This document shows positions 40,478 to 53,730 of a stretch of 64,000 nucleotides of DNA, piece after piece. The DNA lies in the NCBI GenBank assembly GCA_964016885.1, contig OZ024740.1, positions 111,476,001 through 111,540,000 on the forward strand, in the 5' to 3' direction. The position numbers and the translations under genes were made by a program. The stretch's first letter is position 1; every line of letters begins with the position of its first letter. Below the pieces are notes generated by a model. It was not told the DNA's origin, searched no databases, and was given only the letters and a program-made list of their open reading frames with translations. The stretch is from Eledone cirrhosa. Taxonomy: Eukaryota.

Positions 40478-41040
40478 TTCTTCTTCTTCTTCTTCTTCTT
40501 CTTCTTCTTCTTCTTCTTCACTCACTTATTCCTGAAAGGGTCGTGGGGGCAGGGTTCTCAAACAATTCTTCCACTGGGTCCTCTCAGAAGCAACCGTCTC
40601 CAACTGATCGGCTGAATCCCCAAGCGAGACTACCCAAGCTCATGGATGTTATCCAACCATCTTGCTCGGGGTCTGTCCTTGGGTCTCCTGCCGGTTGGTT
40701 TTGTCTGTAAAATCTTCCCTGGGGCATTTTAACACCATGCCCATAATATCGGAGCTGTGATCTCTCAATTCAAAGAAGTAGCGGCTCTACCAGGAGTGAC
40801 TCTCTGATCTCCGAGCTACGCACTCTATTGAGCAACGTTACTCCATAGACCCTTAGGAGGAATTCCATTTCAGCCGCTTGTACTCGCGATCGTATCCTTT
40901 CGGCCATTACCCAAGATTCATGACCATAGTTATGGGTTAGTACAATTACCAATTTGAAGACAGCGAGTTTGGCTTTTACGCCTTTTTTTCCGATTACTGA
41001 ATGCTGAAGCTGGCGCATTACTGCACCAGCTTATACGATA
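40478..41040 (-). mobile_element. RTE/RTE-X LINE 3' fragment with (AGA)n tail
   Basis: YGHESWVMAERIRSRVQAAEMEFLLRVYGVTLLNRVRSSEIRESLLVEPLLL; (ctt)n at 40478-40519. Confidence 0.85.
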
Positions 41041-41384
41041 TGTTTATTATACATATGTTTATTGTGTATATATATATATATATATATATGTATGTTACAT
41101 ACGACGGGCTTCCACACAGGGTCTGTTTAGTAATTAACTTCCACAAGGCGTTGGTCAACTCACGCGGTTAGAATGAACTGAAAACCTCGGAGTTAAGAAG
41201 AGAACTTATTACCTGCATTCTCATTAACCTGGCTTTGGTTATTCTTTATATCACCGGTGAAAAACATTTCAGTTGGATGCTTATATTGGAAAACGAATTA
41301 AAACATTCAAATATCTTAGAAAAAAGGTTGTTTTTAGAGACTTGTGTGTGACAGCTCACATCTATGCAGGTTTACCTGGCCTCC

Positions 41385-41595
41385 TCCAAGGTATATCTCG
41401 TTGGAGGTGTCTTGGTTAATTTAATGATAGGGACCCCAGTCCTATCATTTCATTTCTACAGCTGAGTAAACTGGAGCAACGTGAAATAAAGTGTTTTGCT
41501 CAAGGAAACAACACATCACCCGGTCCGAGAATTGGACTCACAACCTTTCGATTGCAAGCCCAATGCTCTAACCACTAAGTCATGCGCCTTCATAG
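41385..41595 (-). mobile_element. tRNA-derived SINE, second family
   Basis: tacagctgagtaaactggagcaacgtgaaataaagtgttttgctcaagga...tgctctaaccactaag; a partial copy is at ~59490-59557. Confidence 0.75.
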
Positions 41596-41844
41596 GTTTT
41601 AGAGACTTATATATTCATGCATTCATTTTTGTGTTACCGCAATAATGAAAAGATTCCCGATCTGCCCCACATCCAAAACACTTGTTTTAGGACGGTTAAG
41701 CGATAGAACAACTATAAGGTAGGACTTGCGACTAAATAACAAAAATTCATAAGTTATGCATATTTGATTGAAATCTTTCTCTAATGATTATAAAACTTAC
41801 TAGAAATACTACCTGATTCATTATCTACAAATTAGTTTCTGTAG

Positions 41845-41990
41845 TGGCATGGCTGTGTGGCTAAGGGGTTACCTCTACAACTACGTGGTTCTGAGTTCAG
41901 TCCTGCAGCACAGCTCTTTGAACATGTGTCTTTTACTATAGACGCAGGACCAATGTACAGTGCGTAAAATTTGGCAGACAGAAATTAGGT
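41845..41990 (+). mobile_element. tRNA-headed SINE 5' part
   Basis: A-box-like tggctgtgtggctaag and B-box-like gagttcagtcc. Confidence 0.6.
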
Positions 41991-42000
41991 TCAGTCAAAA

Positions 42001-42036
<36 letters not shown>

Positions 42037-43765
42037 GGTGGCTGCCACTCGTTTTCGAGTACGGCCACTACTTTATATCCATGTAGGAGAACCCCTACTG
42101 ATGCGCTAAACGAGTGTGACTTTTCAGTCCAGCCAGCGACTTGAAAACTCTGGTACAAACACTACACTTGTGACAATTATTGACACATAGTGCTAGACCC
42201 ATTGTACCATGTGACGACAAGTGCAGAGAGATCTCCAGATATAAAGCAATGCCTGTGCCGCGAAGCTTTTATAGTGAGCAAAGGCACAGCACAAAGCCAG
42301 TCCCACTCTATTAACCAAGATGATATTTACTAAAAAGAAGAACAAGTCAACATCATTGGATACCATCAGGGTTGCAGCTGTTATATCAGAGTTTTCCTTC
42401 TCCTAGAATTCTGCCTTGACAAAGGCTAAGGGGTCATCTCTCCCGGTGATTTTGGATGGCCATTGACTCTTAAAAGCTCCTTTGCCCGTATTTATATATA
42501 TATACATACACAGATATAATGTGTGTGTGGGTGTATATATATGTACACACACAGATATAATGTGTCTGTGTTGCTCAAGTTTGTGTTTTTGTTTATGTTC
42601 CTGAATTTGGTGATTCAACAAAATGGGAGCGATCGATAAAATATGTACCAAACTTGGAAAATAAATAACTAGTAGGTTTCAATATGATCGAATCAATCAA
42701 AGCGGCGCCCTAATATGCCTGCAGTCTAATGGGTGGGTCCACTAAAATATCAGAATAAAAGAATACTGCCTCATATTTGGAATATTTTTGACCATTCGGG
42801 CAAATATTCTAAGTTTTTGGATGGAATAGTCTAGTAGACATCTGCAGACAATCCCTGCGGGCACAACTGAGATTTACGTTTTTGATGTTATCAATATTTA
42901 TGTCGTCTTGACATTGATAGGGCACACGATTTTCATATCACACCCCTGCGATCATTAGCTTACTCCTTGTTAAAACAGCCGCCACATTCACACATAGACA
43001 CACAGACGTATGTATATGTATGTATGTATGCGTATGTGCTTGTTTACATTATACACACACACACACTCACATAGACCCCCCCACACACACACACACACAC
43101 ACGCCAGCGCGCGCGCACACACATATATATATATAGTTAATAAAGGAAACAGAACAACCACAATAATGCAAAAGTACACAGTTGTATTATTTCATGCTTG
43201 GAGAAAATGAAGGAGTGTTCGAAGTTTTGGACAAAAGTCTTTCGTCGGGAAAGTTTGGATAATGAGAGACAGGTAGATGTATGAAAGTACAGTGTAAAAG
43301 TTAAGAAAGGAAGTAGGAAAAGGGTGTTGGGAGGAGAATGAAAGGTATGGGCTGCTAGGAAAAGATCCAACCTCAGGAATCGGGGCCAAGATGGAGGACA
43401 CAGGGGTTTCCTGTGTGTGATTCAGTGTCTTTGCCAAACTAATGAAATTGGTAGATTTATGGAATCCACTACGTTAGAGTGAAAAGTCAAATTCTAATGT
43501 TGTTTTTAATTTTCGGAAAGGCGAACCGTAAATATATATATACTAGCTGGCCCGTCTGGCTGGGCCGGCTAGGTATACCTGCCCCCACCACTCCACTGCA
43601 AAGATACCACACACCCTCCCGTGTCACATTGTCCTTCCGACTCTCTCTCTGTCTCTGAATAACTAACACTTTAATTGTATCTCTCTCTGTCTAACGGCCT
43701 ATCCTCTCTTTTCCCCTCCCTCTGTTTTTCTGTCTCTCTCTGTAGATGTGTGTGTGTAGTTTTCC

Positions 43766-43813
<48 letters not shown>

Positions 43814-43910
43814 ATATTGAAGGGAGATACGGAAAGTAAAACAGTGTTGTCATATAGAGAGTGAAGAGCGACAGTAAAGCAGTTAAATTATAGAGAAGGG
43901 GAATGATCTT

Positions 43911-44033
43911 ACATACATACATACATGATGGCTGCCCCCTCGTTATCGAGTATGGCCATTGCACGAGAAGAAAAAAAAAAAAAATAAATAAATAAAATAA
44001 AATAAAATAAAATAATAACAAATTCAGAAACGA

Positions 44034-44067
<34 letters not shown>

Positions 44068-44274
44068 AAAAAAAAAAAATATATATATATACATACATAT
44101 ATACATACACACATACATACAATACACATACACACACACATATACACACACACACATACATTAATAACAATAATAATAATAATAATAATAATAATAGCAA
44201 TAATAATAATAACGACAACAACAATAATAATATACATATTCATATATATATACACACAACGCACGCACATAAGC

Positions 44275-44332
<58 letters not shown>

Positions 44333-47300
44333 TAACAACTAACAGTGCTGCGATCGAATGTGGCTTTTTAGCCCAGCCAATGATCTACAATGTCTTGCAC
44401 AGAGTCGGCAACCAAAACATTCACTGGGAATAGTCGGCTGTGGTTGGAGTTCGTGTACTTTTGCATGTCGCTTGAGCCCTCCTGCTGATTTACATTCTCT
44501 ACCACATGTTTGGAAAGCATGATGAGTAGCATCTCCAACAGCAGCCTGGTAGTCAACCACTGGTCTTACTTTATGACTGCGAAGATGACTTTCGAGTCCA
44601 GCTTTGCTTAGGCAGAGTCTCGCACAGACGCTGCATGTCAGCACCATAGGAGGATCCTCGCCGTCTGGAAGTGCAACAGCAATGCCCTTCCTCACAACCC
44701 GCATTACTTTCTCGTGTGCGATTCGAGACGCCTCAAAGGCAACTTTTCCCTCATATACAGTCTTTCTCCATTTATTACGATCAGCAGCAATATTTTCCCA
44801 TGTATCAGCAGAGATGTTAGCGTCTTTCAGAGAGTCTTTCAAGGAATCCTTATACCTCTTTTTTGGTTTATGTGGTGGTCGTTTTCCTTTAACCAACTCT
44901 CCATAGAAGAGTTGTTTTGGTATTCTAGAATCCTTCATCCTGGCAAGGTGACCACTCCAACGGAGTCGTTGCTTAAGCACAAGAGCTTCTATACTGTCAC
45001 ACATAGAGCTTTCCAAAATCTCGACATCACTGATGTGGTCCCTCCAGTGAACGCCATGGATCCGTCTGAGACACATCTGATGGAAACGCTCCAATTGCTT
45101 AAGGTGGTGTCGATATGTGACCCAGGTCTCGCAGGCATAAAGAAGACAAGAGAGTACACATGCCCTGTACACATTTACCTTTGTCCTCCTGCATATGTCT
45201 CGCCGACCCCAGAGTCGCCTTTCTAGCTTTCCGAAAGCATCACTTGCTTAAGAGACCTCTTGTATGCAGATGATTGCGATCTTGTAGCGCACACATAATC
45301 CTAAGTGAGATTTCACTGTCAAGGTTGCCGTATCGATTGACAGTGCTTCCCAGGTAGACAAACTGATCAACCACTCCAAGTCGTTTGCCATACACATAGA
45401 TGTTTGGTTCAGTGTACTGCTTACTAGGGGCAGGTTGGTACATGACGACGGTTTTCTTGAGACTGACAGTCAAACCCAGGGCAGTGCAAGCGTCAGAAAA
45501 TGCATTCAAAATGTGCTGCATATCACTCTTTGTGTGCGCTACAAGATCGCAATCATCTGCATACAAGAGGTCTCTTATGATTGATGTAAATACCTTTGTC
45601 TTCGCAGCAAAGCGCCTGATGTTAAATATGCTGCCTGAGGTTCGATATCGGATGTAAACACCATGCTCGCAATTCCTGAATGCAATATAGAAAACCATTG
45701 CAAAGTATATGGCAAACAGGGTCGGTGCTGGAATATCCCCCTGTTTCACTCCATTTTTTACTGAGATAGGCTCCGACATGTTACCTCCGACATTAACCCA
45801 AGCCTTCATGTCGTCATGGAAAGACCTAACTAAAGCAAGGAACTTATCAGGGCAACCAAGTTTCTGGAGAACCTTCCATAATGCCTCTCTGTTGACAGTA
45901 TCGAAAGCCTTTGTCAGATCGACAAAAACCTGATACAGATCCAAGCCTTGTTCAATGCACTTCTCCTGGAGCTGTCTAGCTGAAAAGATCATATCAGTAG
46001 TGCCGCGTCCAGCACGAAAACCAGATTGACTTTCAGGAAGAACACAATCTGCAATGTGTGTCAGCAGACGGTCCAGAAGCACCCTACATAAAACTTTCCC
46101 TACGACAGAAAGCAATGATATACCTCTATAGTTCCCACAATCGTTCCTGTTACCCTTTCCCTTGTACAAGACCACCATTACTGCATCTCTCCAGTCCTCA
46201 GGTACGGATTCATTAGCCCATATCCTTCCAAACAAAGAGTGCAGATGTTGCAGGAGTCTCTCACCACAATATTGTAGGAGCTCAGCATGTATGCCATCCA
46301 TACCTGGAGATCTCAAAACTGTTCAGCTTCGAAATAGCCACTGCAACCTCCACAAGGGTCGGAGGTTCTGCGAGAGCTATTTTCACAGGACTTTCTGGAA
46401 TGAGATTGAGGAAATCTTCACTGACGACAGACGGCTGATTCAAAAGATCATCAAAGTGCTCTCGCCACCTTCGTAGAATTCCTTGTGAGTCACGAAGAAG
46501 TTCTTTGCCATCCTTGCTGCGAAGCGGTGTCACCAGAGAAGAAGACGGTCCATAAACCTCACGCAAGAGACTGTACAACAGCTTTGTGTTATTGGAATCA
46601 GACGCAGTTTGTATCTCACCAGCCTTCTCACTCCACCACTGATCCTTCATCTGAGAAAGACTCCGCCTAACACGTGATTTTACATCCCTGAGCTCCTCAT
46701 GCAACGTATTCCTCTCCTGTGGTTTTGCCAAGTAGCGTGACAGAGCACGCCTCTTATCAGCCAACAAGTCTTCTATATGTACATCATTCTCATTAAACCA
46801 GTCCTGATGTTTTCTCTGCACCAATCCCAGAACACGCCTGCCTACATCATAAACCGACTTTTTAAGGGTCGGCCAATCCTCACCAAGATCTGCAGCCTGC
46901 ATCTCTTCTTCCAATGTCCTCTTCACATTTTTATCCTTAAGACGAGCAGCATTCAATCTTTTGGGCAGGGTAACACCAGGAGCCCGGATTTTACGTTTGG
47001 TGATTAGTTTCACTTTAGCAGGTACCAGGCGGTGGTCCGTCCAGCACTCAGCTCCACGAAGAACACGAACACACTGCACATCCTGTCTGTCACGCATCCT
47101 GACTAGGACGTAGTCCAAAAGATGCCATTCCTTAGATGTAGGATGCATCCATGTGGTCTTGAATTTGTTCTTTTGTTGGAACATGGTGTTGGTAACACAC
47201 AGATCCAGCTCCTCACACATCTGCAGCAGGAGCATACCATTGCTGTTACACTTTCCCACCCATGCCTTCCGATTACATTCCATGTGTTAAAATCCCTACC

Positions 47301-47870
47301 CACTCTAGCATTAAAGTCACCAAGCACGATGACTTTGTCTGCCTGAGGGATATTTCTTAGAACACCTTTCAAGGCATGGTAAAAGGACAGTTTTTCTTCA
47401 TCGACAGAATTCATAGTTGGAGCAGACACACTTACCAGGGTAGCATATCTTCCCTTGTCCAGTGGAACTCTCATGGACATAAGACGCTCACTAATCCCTA
47501 CTGGAAATTCTTCTAATTTATTCACAAGTACAGTCTTAACAGCAAATCCTACCCCAGCCTCTCTTCTGGTTCCTTCATCTCTTCCTTTCCAGAAGAATGT
47601 ATATTCTCCACAAAATTCCGTAAGATGACCATCTCCAGCTAACCTCGTCTCAGATAAAGCCACGATGTCAAGATCGTAACGTCGAAGCTCCTTTGCAACA
47701 AGAGCGTTCCTTCGTTCAGGACGCTCCAAAGAATCCCTGTCAAGCAGCGTCCGTACGTTCCAGCAGCCAAGACTAAATGCCCTGTTTGGCTCTATTACAA
47801 TGGCACGATGACGGGCGGGCCCAGGTAGTGATAACTTGGGGCCCCTGCCCTTATTGCCAATGATCTTTTT
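43911..47870 (-). mobile_element. RTE (BovB-like) LINE, near full length: APE endonuclease, RT and three C2H2 fingers; frameshifted
   Basis: EN LGCWNVRTL, DIVALSETR, GDFNARVG, TDHRLV; RT FVDLTKAFDTV, GVKQGDIPAPTLF, LLYADD; C-terminal LRWSGH..RM...PKQLFYGEL plus C2H2 repeats. The 3' terminus and (CATA)n at 43911-43966 are separated from the ORF by microsatellites. Confidence 0.95.
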
Positions 47871-47919
47871 TGTTCCAGAACCTAAATTGCCAATTATCTC
47901 GTTTACATTGTTCTGGAAC

Positions 47920-50148
47920 ATCATTGAATTGGAAAAAATAGGGGATGATTATTTACGACAGATAAAAACCCCAACATTTTGGCAAATCAACGATTGTTTA
48001 TATGCCCTAGCAACGACAGTGAAGCATTATCTTGGTGATAGCAGAGATATTAACAAAAACAGAACACCACCAAAAATACCATCATATATAACTAAAATAG
48101 AAAAAAAAGATTGCTGACCTACGAAAAACCATAGGATATGTGACAATGCTCCTTACATGCAAACAAACACAAAAAAACCTCACTCCTCCCCAACAAAGAG
48201 TGAAAAATAAAATAGAGACGATGTTTGGTAACAGTAGAACCAGAACTCTTCAATATAAGCTGATCACCCTCAAACAAGATTTGAGAGCTGTTAGCGAAAA
48301 ACGCCGATACCTGAAGAAGGTAGATGAGCGAAAAGTGCTTAATAAAAGATTCAGACGAAACCAAACATCAGTCTATAGAGATATGAAGAACAAAATAATA
48401 AGTGTGACTGAGGCCCCATCTCAGAAAGACATAGATTCCTTTTGGAGCAAAATATGGGATGAAAAGAAGAATTTCAACCAAGATGCAGTGTGGCTAAGAG
48501 AAATCCGAAAGAACTATTGCTCCTACACTACAACAAAAACATACGAAATATATGAGTGTACCCTTGAGACTGTCATAGGAAAACTCCAAGATAAGAAAAC
48601 ACCAGGAAGAGACATGGTATCTGTAATATGGAACGCGTAACCAGGGAATACTACACCCGATTAAGAAAGATCTGGTCATCGGAACTCTCTGCGCTAAACA
48701 AAACAGTGGCTCATAATGTGTTTGCTGTGCCTGTCCTAACACCAACGTTTGGAATACTCAATTGGACGATAGACGAAATCCGAGCAGCTGATGTTGGAAC
48801 TCGAAAAATACTAAACAACACCAGAAACTTCCACATCAACAGTGACATAGACCACCTTTACTTGAAACGTAAGCAGGGAGGCAGAGGCCTAACATCAGTC
48901 CAGACAACATTTGAATGTCGCATCATATCTCTCCGACAACATCTACGAAGCTCGAAGCATAGGAGCCCGTTTCACGAGCAAGTCTATCTGCATAAAACAG
49001 ATGAGATCATGAGAGTTGGGAAGGAACTACTCGAGAGATATTCCCTGTGTGATAATCAAAAACTCACACCCTGGGAAGTCGCTCAGCAGTATCGCAGTGA
49101 ATCCATGGATGAAAAACTGCATGATTATCAGCAAAAAATCATGCATGGATATGTTGCCAGGAAGCTCCAGAGTGAGAGTAATAGATAAGGAAAATAGTCT
49201 ATCTTGGACCAACAACCGCTATATTGGCTTCCACTTTGAAGGATTCACTTTTGCAATCCAAGAACAGGAGATTAACACGAAATACCTGATTCACAAAAGA
49301 GATAGGGATGCAGGCAAAACACCTAGATGTGATAACAAGTTCAAACTCTGCAGAACTAACATCGAGGATATCACCCATGTCATCAGCAGCTGTCCAAAGA
49401 TGTCATCGTGGTACTATCTACCTATGAGGCATGATGTAGTGGCCTAAACATTGTACAATGCAGTTCGTAAAAAAGATAGCCCGATAATAAACACATTAAA
49501 AGCTAGAGCAATGTGGAAGACATCCATGTACATAATATGAAAGAGTACTGGTGGAATGTTCCAGTAAAATCCCCAATAAAATGGAAGCATTACAGGACAG
49601 ATATTATGATATGGGACAGGGAGAAGAAAGCATGCACAGTAGTGGGAATTAGCTGCCCAGCAGATGCCAATATAATATCAAAGATTAGCGAAAAGGAAAA
49701 TATTTATACAGAACTGATGAGAAATCTGCAGATACTCCACCCTGATTACACCTTCAGATTTATGCCTGTGATTATTGGGGCACTGGGGTATGTTAGTAAC
49801 TGCCTCAATACAAATCTTGAGAAGCTAGGCTTCACAGGAACAGAAAGAACACAACTAGTTTGGAAATTACAAGTACAATCCATTAATGGAACAGTAAAAA
49901 TATGTAAAACATTCCAAAAATTTTGCATCTAATAACTGCATATACACATGTACAGATACAAAGCATATACACATGCACACATACAACTTAAAACATCCAC
50001 ATCCACACATACAATAACATCCATATCTACACATGCAGACATGCATACATAATCTACCTAGTTGATGTTGTGTAAATTCCTATGAGAGAGTCTTGTGTCT
50101 ATGTTAGAAACAGACTCTCTCTCTATTGGTAAAAATTTGTGAAATTAT
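47920..50148 (+). mobile_element. R4/Dong-clade LINE with the RT core deleted
   Basis: Collinear with the 12985-15905 element (KTPGRDM...W then ERVTREYYTRLRKIWSSELS; IEDITHVISSC; YRTDIMIWD...ISCPAD), but no RT motifs between ~48625 and ~48630. Confidence 0.9.
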
Positions 50149-50304
50149 AAAACCAGAATAACATACATATAATGTATAGATATGTGTGTGTGTTTATGTA
50201 TGTGTATGTGTGTTTGTGTATGTGTGTATGTGCATGTGTGTGTCTGTGTGTTTTGTTTCGAGGTTATCCGGCAATTGGCGAAATCAGGTGTGAAAGTATG
50301 TGTA

Positions 50305-50367
<63 letters not shown>

Positions 50368-50569
50368 TTCTTATGCGAGCGACGAGAGAGAAAGTGTGTG
50401 GGATACATACATTATTATATTTGTCTGTATTTTCGTCGTTCTGCAACAATTATATTATGATATTTGTATCCAAATGATTTTAGATGTATGTATTACCTTC
50501 TTGCCCATCCCTCTGTTTCTCCCCCCCCCCCCCCTCTCTCTCTCTCTATCTCTCTCCTCTATCCTCTCT

Positions 50570-51021
50570 ATCTCTTTAGATGTGTGTAGTTTTCCTAATT
50601 TGCCTCTTTCACTCTCTGTCTCTCTAAGAGGGTTGCCCGAATTTGACCGAATTTGAAGGAGGTTATCCTTTTAAAATAAACAAACATACGACGCTCATCT
50701 CTATGTTGACATATTGAAGGTAGATACAGAAAGTAAAAGAGTGTTGTCATATAGAGAGTGAGGAGAGACAAAGAGTAAAGCAGTTAAATTATAGATAGGG
50801 TGAAAGAGGGAGAGAGAGAGAGACGACGCTCAGCTTTATAATATTAGAGAGTGAAATGCGACAGAGAGAGGAAAGCAGTTAAATTATAGGGAAGGGGAAT
50901 GATCTATTATAGAGAGGGGGAGAGCGACGGAGAGAGTAAAGCTAAGAAACTATAGGGAGGTGTGTAGGATACATACATACATAATACATACACACGACAC
51001 TCAGCTTTATAATATTATAGA
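50570..51021 (-). mobile_element. Probable Helitron-derived fragments (related to 43540-43910)
   Basis: Shared blocks with 43742-43910. Minus-strand A|TCTATAATATTATAAAGCTGAG 5'-end-like sequence at 51021; a CTAG-plus-hairpin end at ~43540-43572. Confidence 0.5.
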
Positions 51022-51269
51022 TATATATACGCTGTGACTTCCACGTGAAAGTATGCAAACAAGTATATATATAAACGAGTAGCAGAGAGGTATAGTTTGA
51101 CAAAGGGAAATAACCCAGAAACATGCTGGCAGTTCTTCAATGCTACTGTTGAACAAACGGATATCGATGGTTATCAGAACCCCCCCCCCCCCCCCAAAAA
51201 AAAACATGGCATAATGAGGCCGTTTGCTTGCGTACAAATCGAATACACATAGAGTTACATCCCTTTATG

Positions 51270-51400
51270 GTCTGAGTTCAAATCCCGCCGAGGTTAACTT
51301 TGCCTTTCATCCTTACGCAGTCGATAAAATAAAGTACCAGTAATGCACTGGGATAATTGCTGGCCGTTGTGCCAATAGTAGAAACAATTATTATTATTAT
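51270..51400 (+). mobile_element. SINE with B-box and (TTA)n tail
   Basis: ctgagttcaaatcccgccgaggttaac...gtagaaacaattattattattat. Confidence 0.88.
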
Positions 51401-51479
51401 TCGATATAACCCATAATTACATTTATATTATCCGCTACGGTCGAGCGAAAAATCTAATTCTAATTGTGTTATATATATA

Positions 51480-51592
<113 letters not shown>

Positions 51593-51730
51593 GAGACAGA
51601 GAGAGAATAAGTGATTTACATACGTACGTTTCTTGTTATCAATATTTGTATGACTATCTGTGACCTACCAACCTAACTAATTTAATTATTAATTCATTAG
51701 CCCATCTAAATATCCTAGTGTGTAAATACC

Positions 51731-51773
<43 letters not shown>

Positions 51774-52124
51774 TACGTTGTGACTTCCACGTGAAACTAT
51801 GTAAACGAGTAGATATACAATAAAAAAAAGAAGAAAAATCCAAAGGGCAAAGGAATATGTGAAACAGTATAATCTATATAAACGACATTAAAAACTACCA
51901 AAATCAACGAAATGCACTTACCCATTTACGTGAGACATGACAAACAAATATTTCCATCTCTGGATAAGGAAGTAAGTAACTCAATAGAGAAATATAATAA
52001 CAATTTAACACGTCTAATGTAAGGTTTGTCAACAGTTCTAATATATGCAAGCTACAACCACACCACCACAACCACAGACACCAACGACACCAACAATAAC
52101 TACTGCATGAACACAAAAACAAAG

Positions 52125-52125
52125 G

Positions 52126-52165
<40 letters not shown>

Positions 52166-52212
52166 CAGCAGCAGCAGCAGTAGCAGCAGCAGTAGTAGTA
52201 GTAGTAGTAATT

Positions 52213-52259
<47 letters not shown>

Positions 52260-52274
52260 TGTAGCAGCAGCAGC

Positions 52275-52364
<90 letters not shown>

Positions 52365-52376
52365 TGTAGCAGCAGC

Positions 52377-52431
<55 letters not shown>

Positions 52432-52442
52432 GTGGTAGTAGT
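52125..52442. repeat. (GTA)n/(GCA)n microsatellite
   Basis: Directly visible. Confidence 0.97.
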
Positions 52443-52493
52443 GGCGGGGGCGGTGGTGGATGTGGTATTATTATTATTAACATTATTGTTAAA

Positions 52494-52625
52494 TGCCGCC
52501 GAGGTTAACTTTGCTTTTCATCCTTACGGGGTCAATAAAATAAAGTAGCAGTAATGCACTGGAGTTGATTTAATCGACTTTCCCCACACTCCGAAAATTG
52601 CTGGCCTTGTTCTCATATAAGAAAC

Positions 52626-52665
<40 letters not shown>
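52494..52665 (+). mobile_element. SINE (longer form) with (TTA)n tail
   Basis: gccgaggttaactttgc...gcactggagttgatttaatcgactttcccc...gctggccttgt...gaaaccattattatt. Confidence 0.85.
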
Positions 52666-53730
52666 GTTCTTTGAGTCTCAGTCATTGATGTTATTTAACG
52701 GGAAAGTTTGTTGAAATGAATATCAAGCCGCTACCTGCAACCTCAGATATTCAGGACGTATCGGAGGGTTCTTGCTGTTCCCAGCAAGCATGCCTTTTGA
52801 AGTGTTCCAAAAAGCGGGGCTGGACTAACTTTCTTTAACCACCCTTGAAAACTCTTTGAGATAGTACCTAGTGCGCCTATGACAATCGGGACGACTCTGA
52901 CTTCATGGCAGTTCCAAATCCTTTTTACCTCCCACTTTAAGTCCTGGTATCGGTTAATTTTCTCCCTCTCCTTTCCTTGTACTCTCGTGTCAAATGGGCA
53001 GGCTACATCTACAACCAGGCACGATCTTTTTTCCTTGTCCAAAACCACCAGATCAGGTCTATTGTGTTCCCGTTTCTTATCCGTCTGTATCCTAAAATCC
53101 CACAGCACCTTCACCTGATCGTTTTCTATCACCGACTCTGGCTTATGCTCATACCACTTCTCAGAAGGTGGTAAATTGTTTACTTTGCATAGGTGCCAGT
53201 TGATCACCCTGCCTATGTCTCCAGCCTTTATAGTGAGTCTGCGCTATCTGTTTACACTCGGATACAATGTGAGCCACAGTCTCCTCTCTCTCTCCACAGA
53301 ACCTACACAGTGGGCTAGCCTCCTCCTTGTAAATATGGTGTTTCACCCACTTCGTTCTGAGGGCCTTCTCTTGTGCAGCCATTAGCATTCCTTCTGTAGC
53401 CTTTTTAAGGTCTCCAGTTCCATGTCCGTGGATCTCTAAATTCAGTTTTCTTAAAGAAGGTACTATGAAGGGATTTTCCATGAAGGATTTTCCCTGTTGT
53501 TATTTCCTCCTTGGACATCCCCTGGTCTATTGTCCTCTCCTTCAGTACAATTCTGAGCATTGTCAGTCACGTATTTGTGCAGGTTGTTTTTCTCCATCTG
53601 AACACAGTCCTCTATGCTGATAAGACTTCTTCCACCTTCAGATCTCTTTAGACATTACTCCTTCAGATCTCTATCGACATTACTCGTCTTGTGGAACATG
53701 TAGATAGTCAATAGCTTCCTAGTCTTCCTA
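52665..53730 (-). mobile_element. Dong/R4 LINE 3' fragment (CCHC + RLE)
   Basis: CRFCGEREETVAHIVSEC; WYEHKPESVIEN...LWDFRIQTD...HNRPDLVV...VDVACPFD; ends in (TAA)n. Confidence 0.92.

Noticed and set aside
51272-51290. tRNA gene suggested by B-box GTTCAAATCC
   Set aside because: Part of a SINE head; no cloverleaf.
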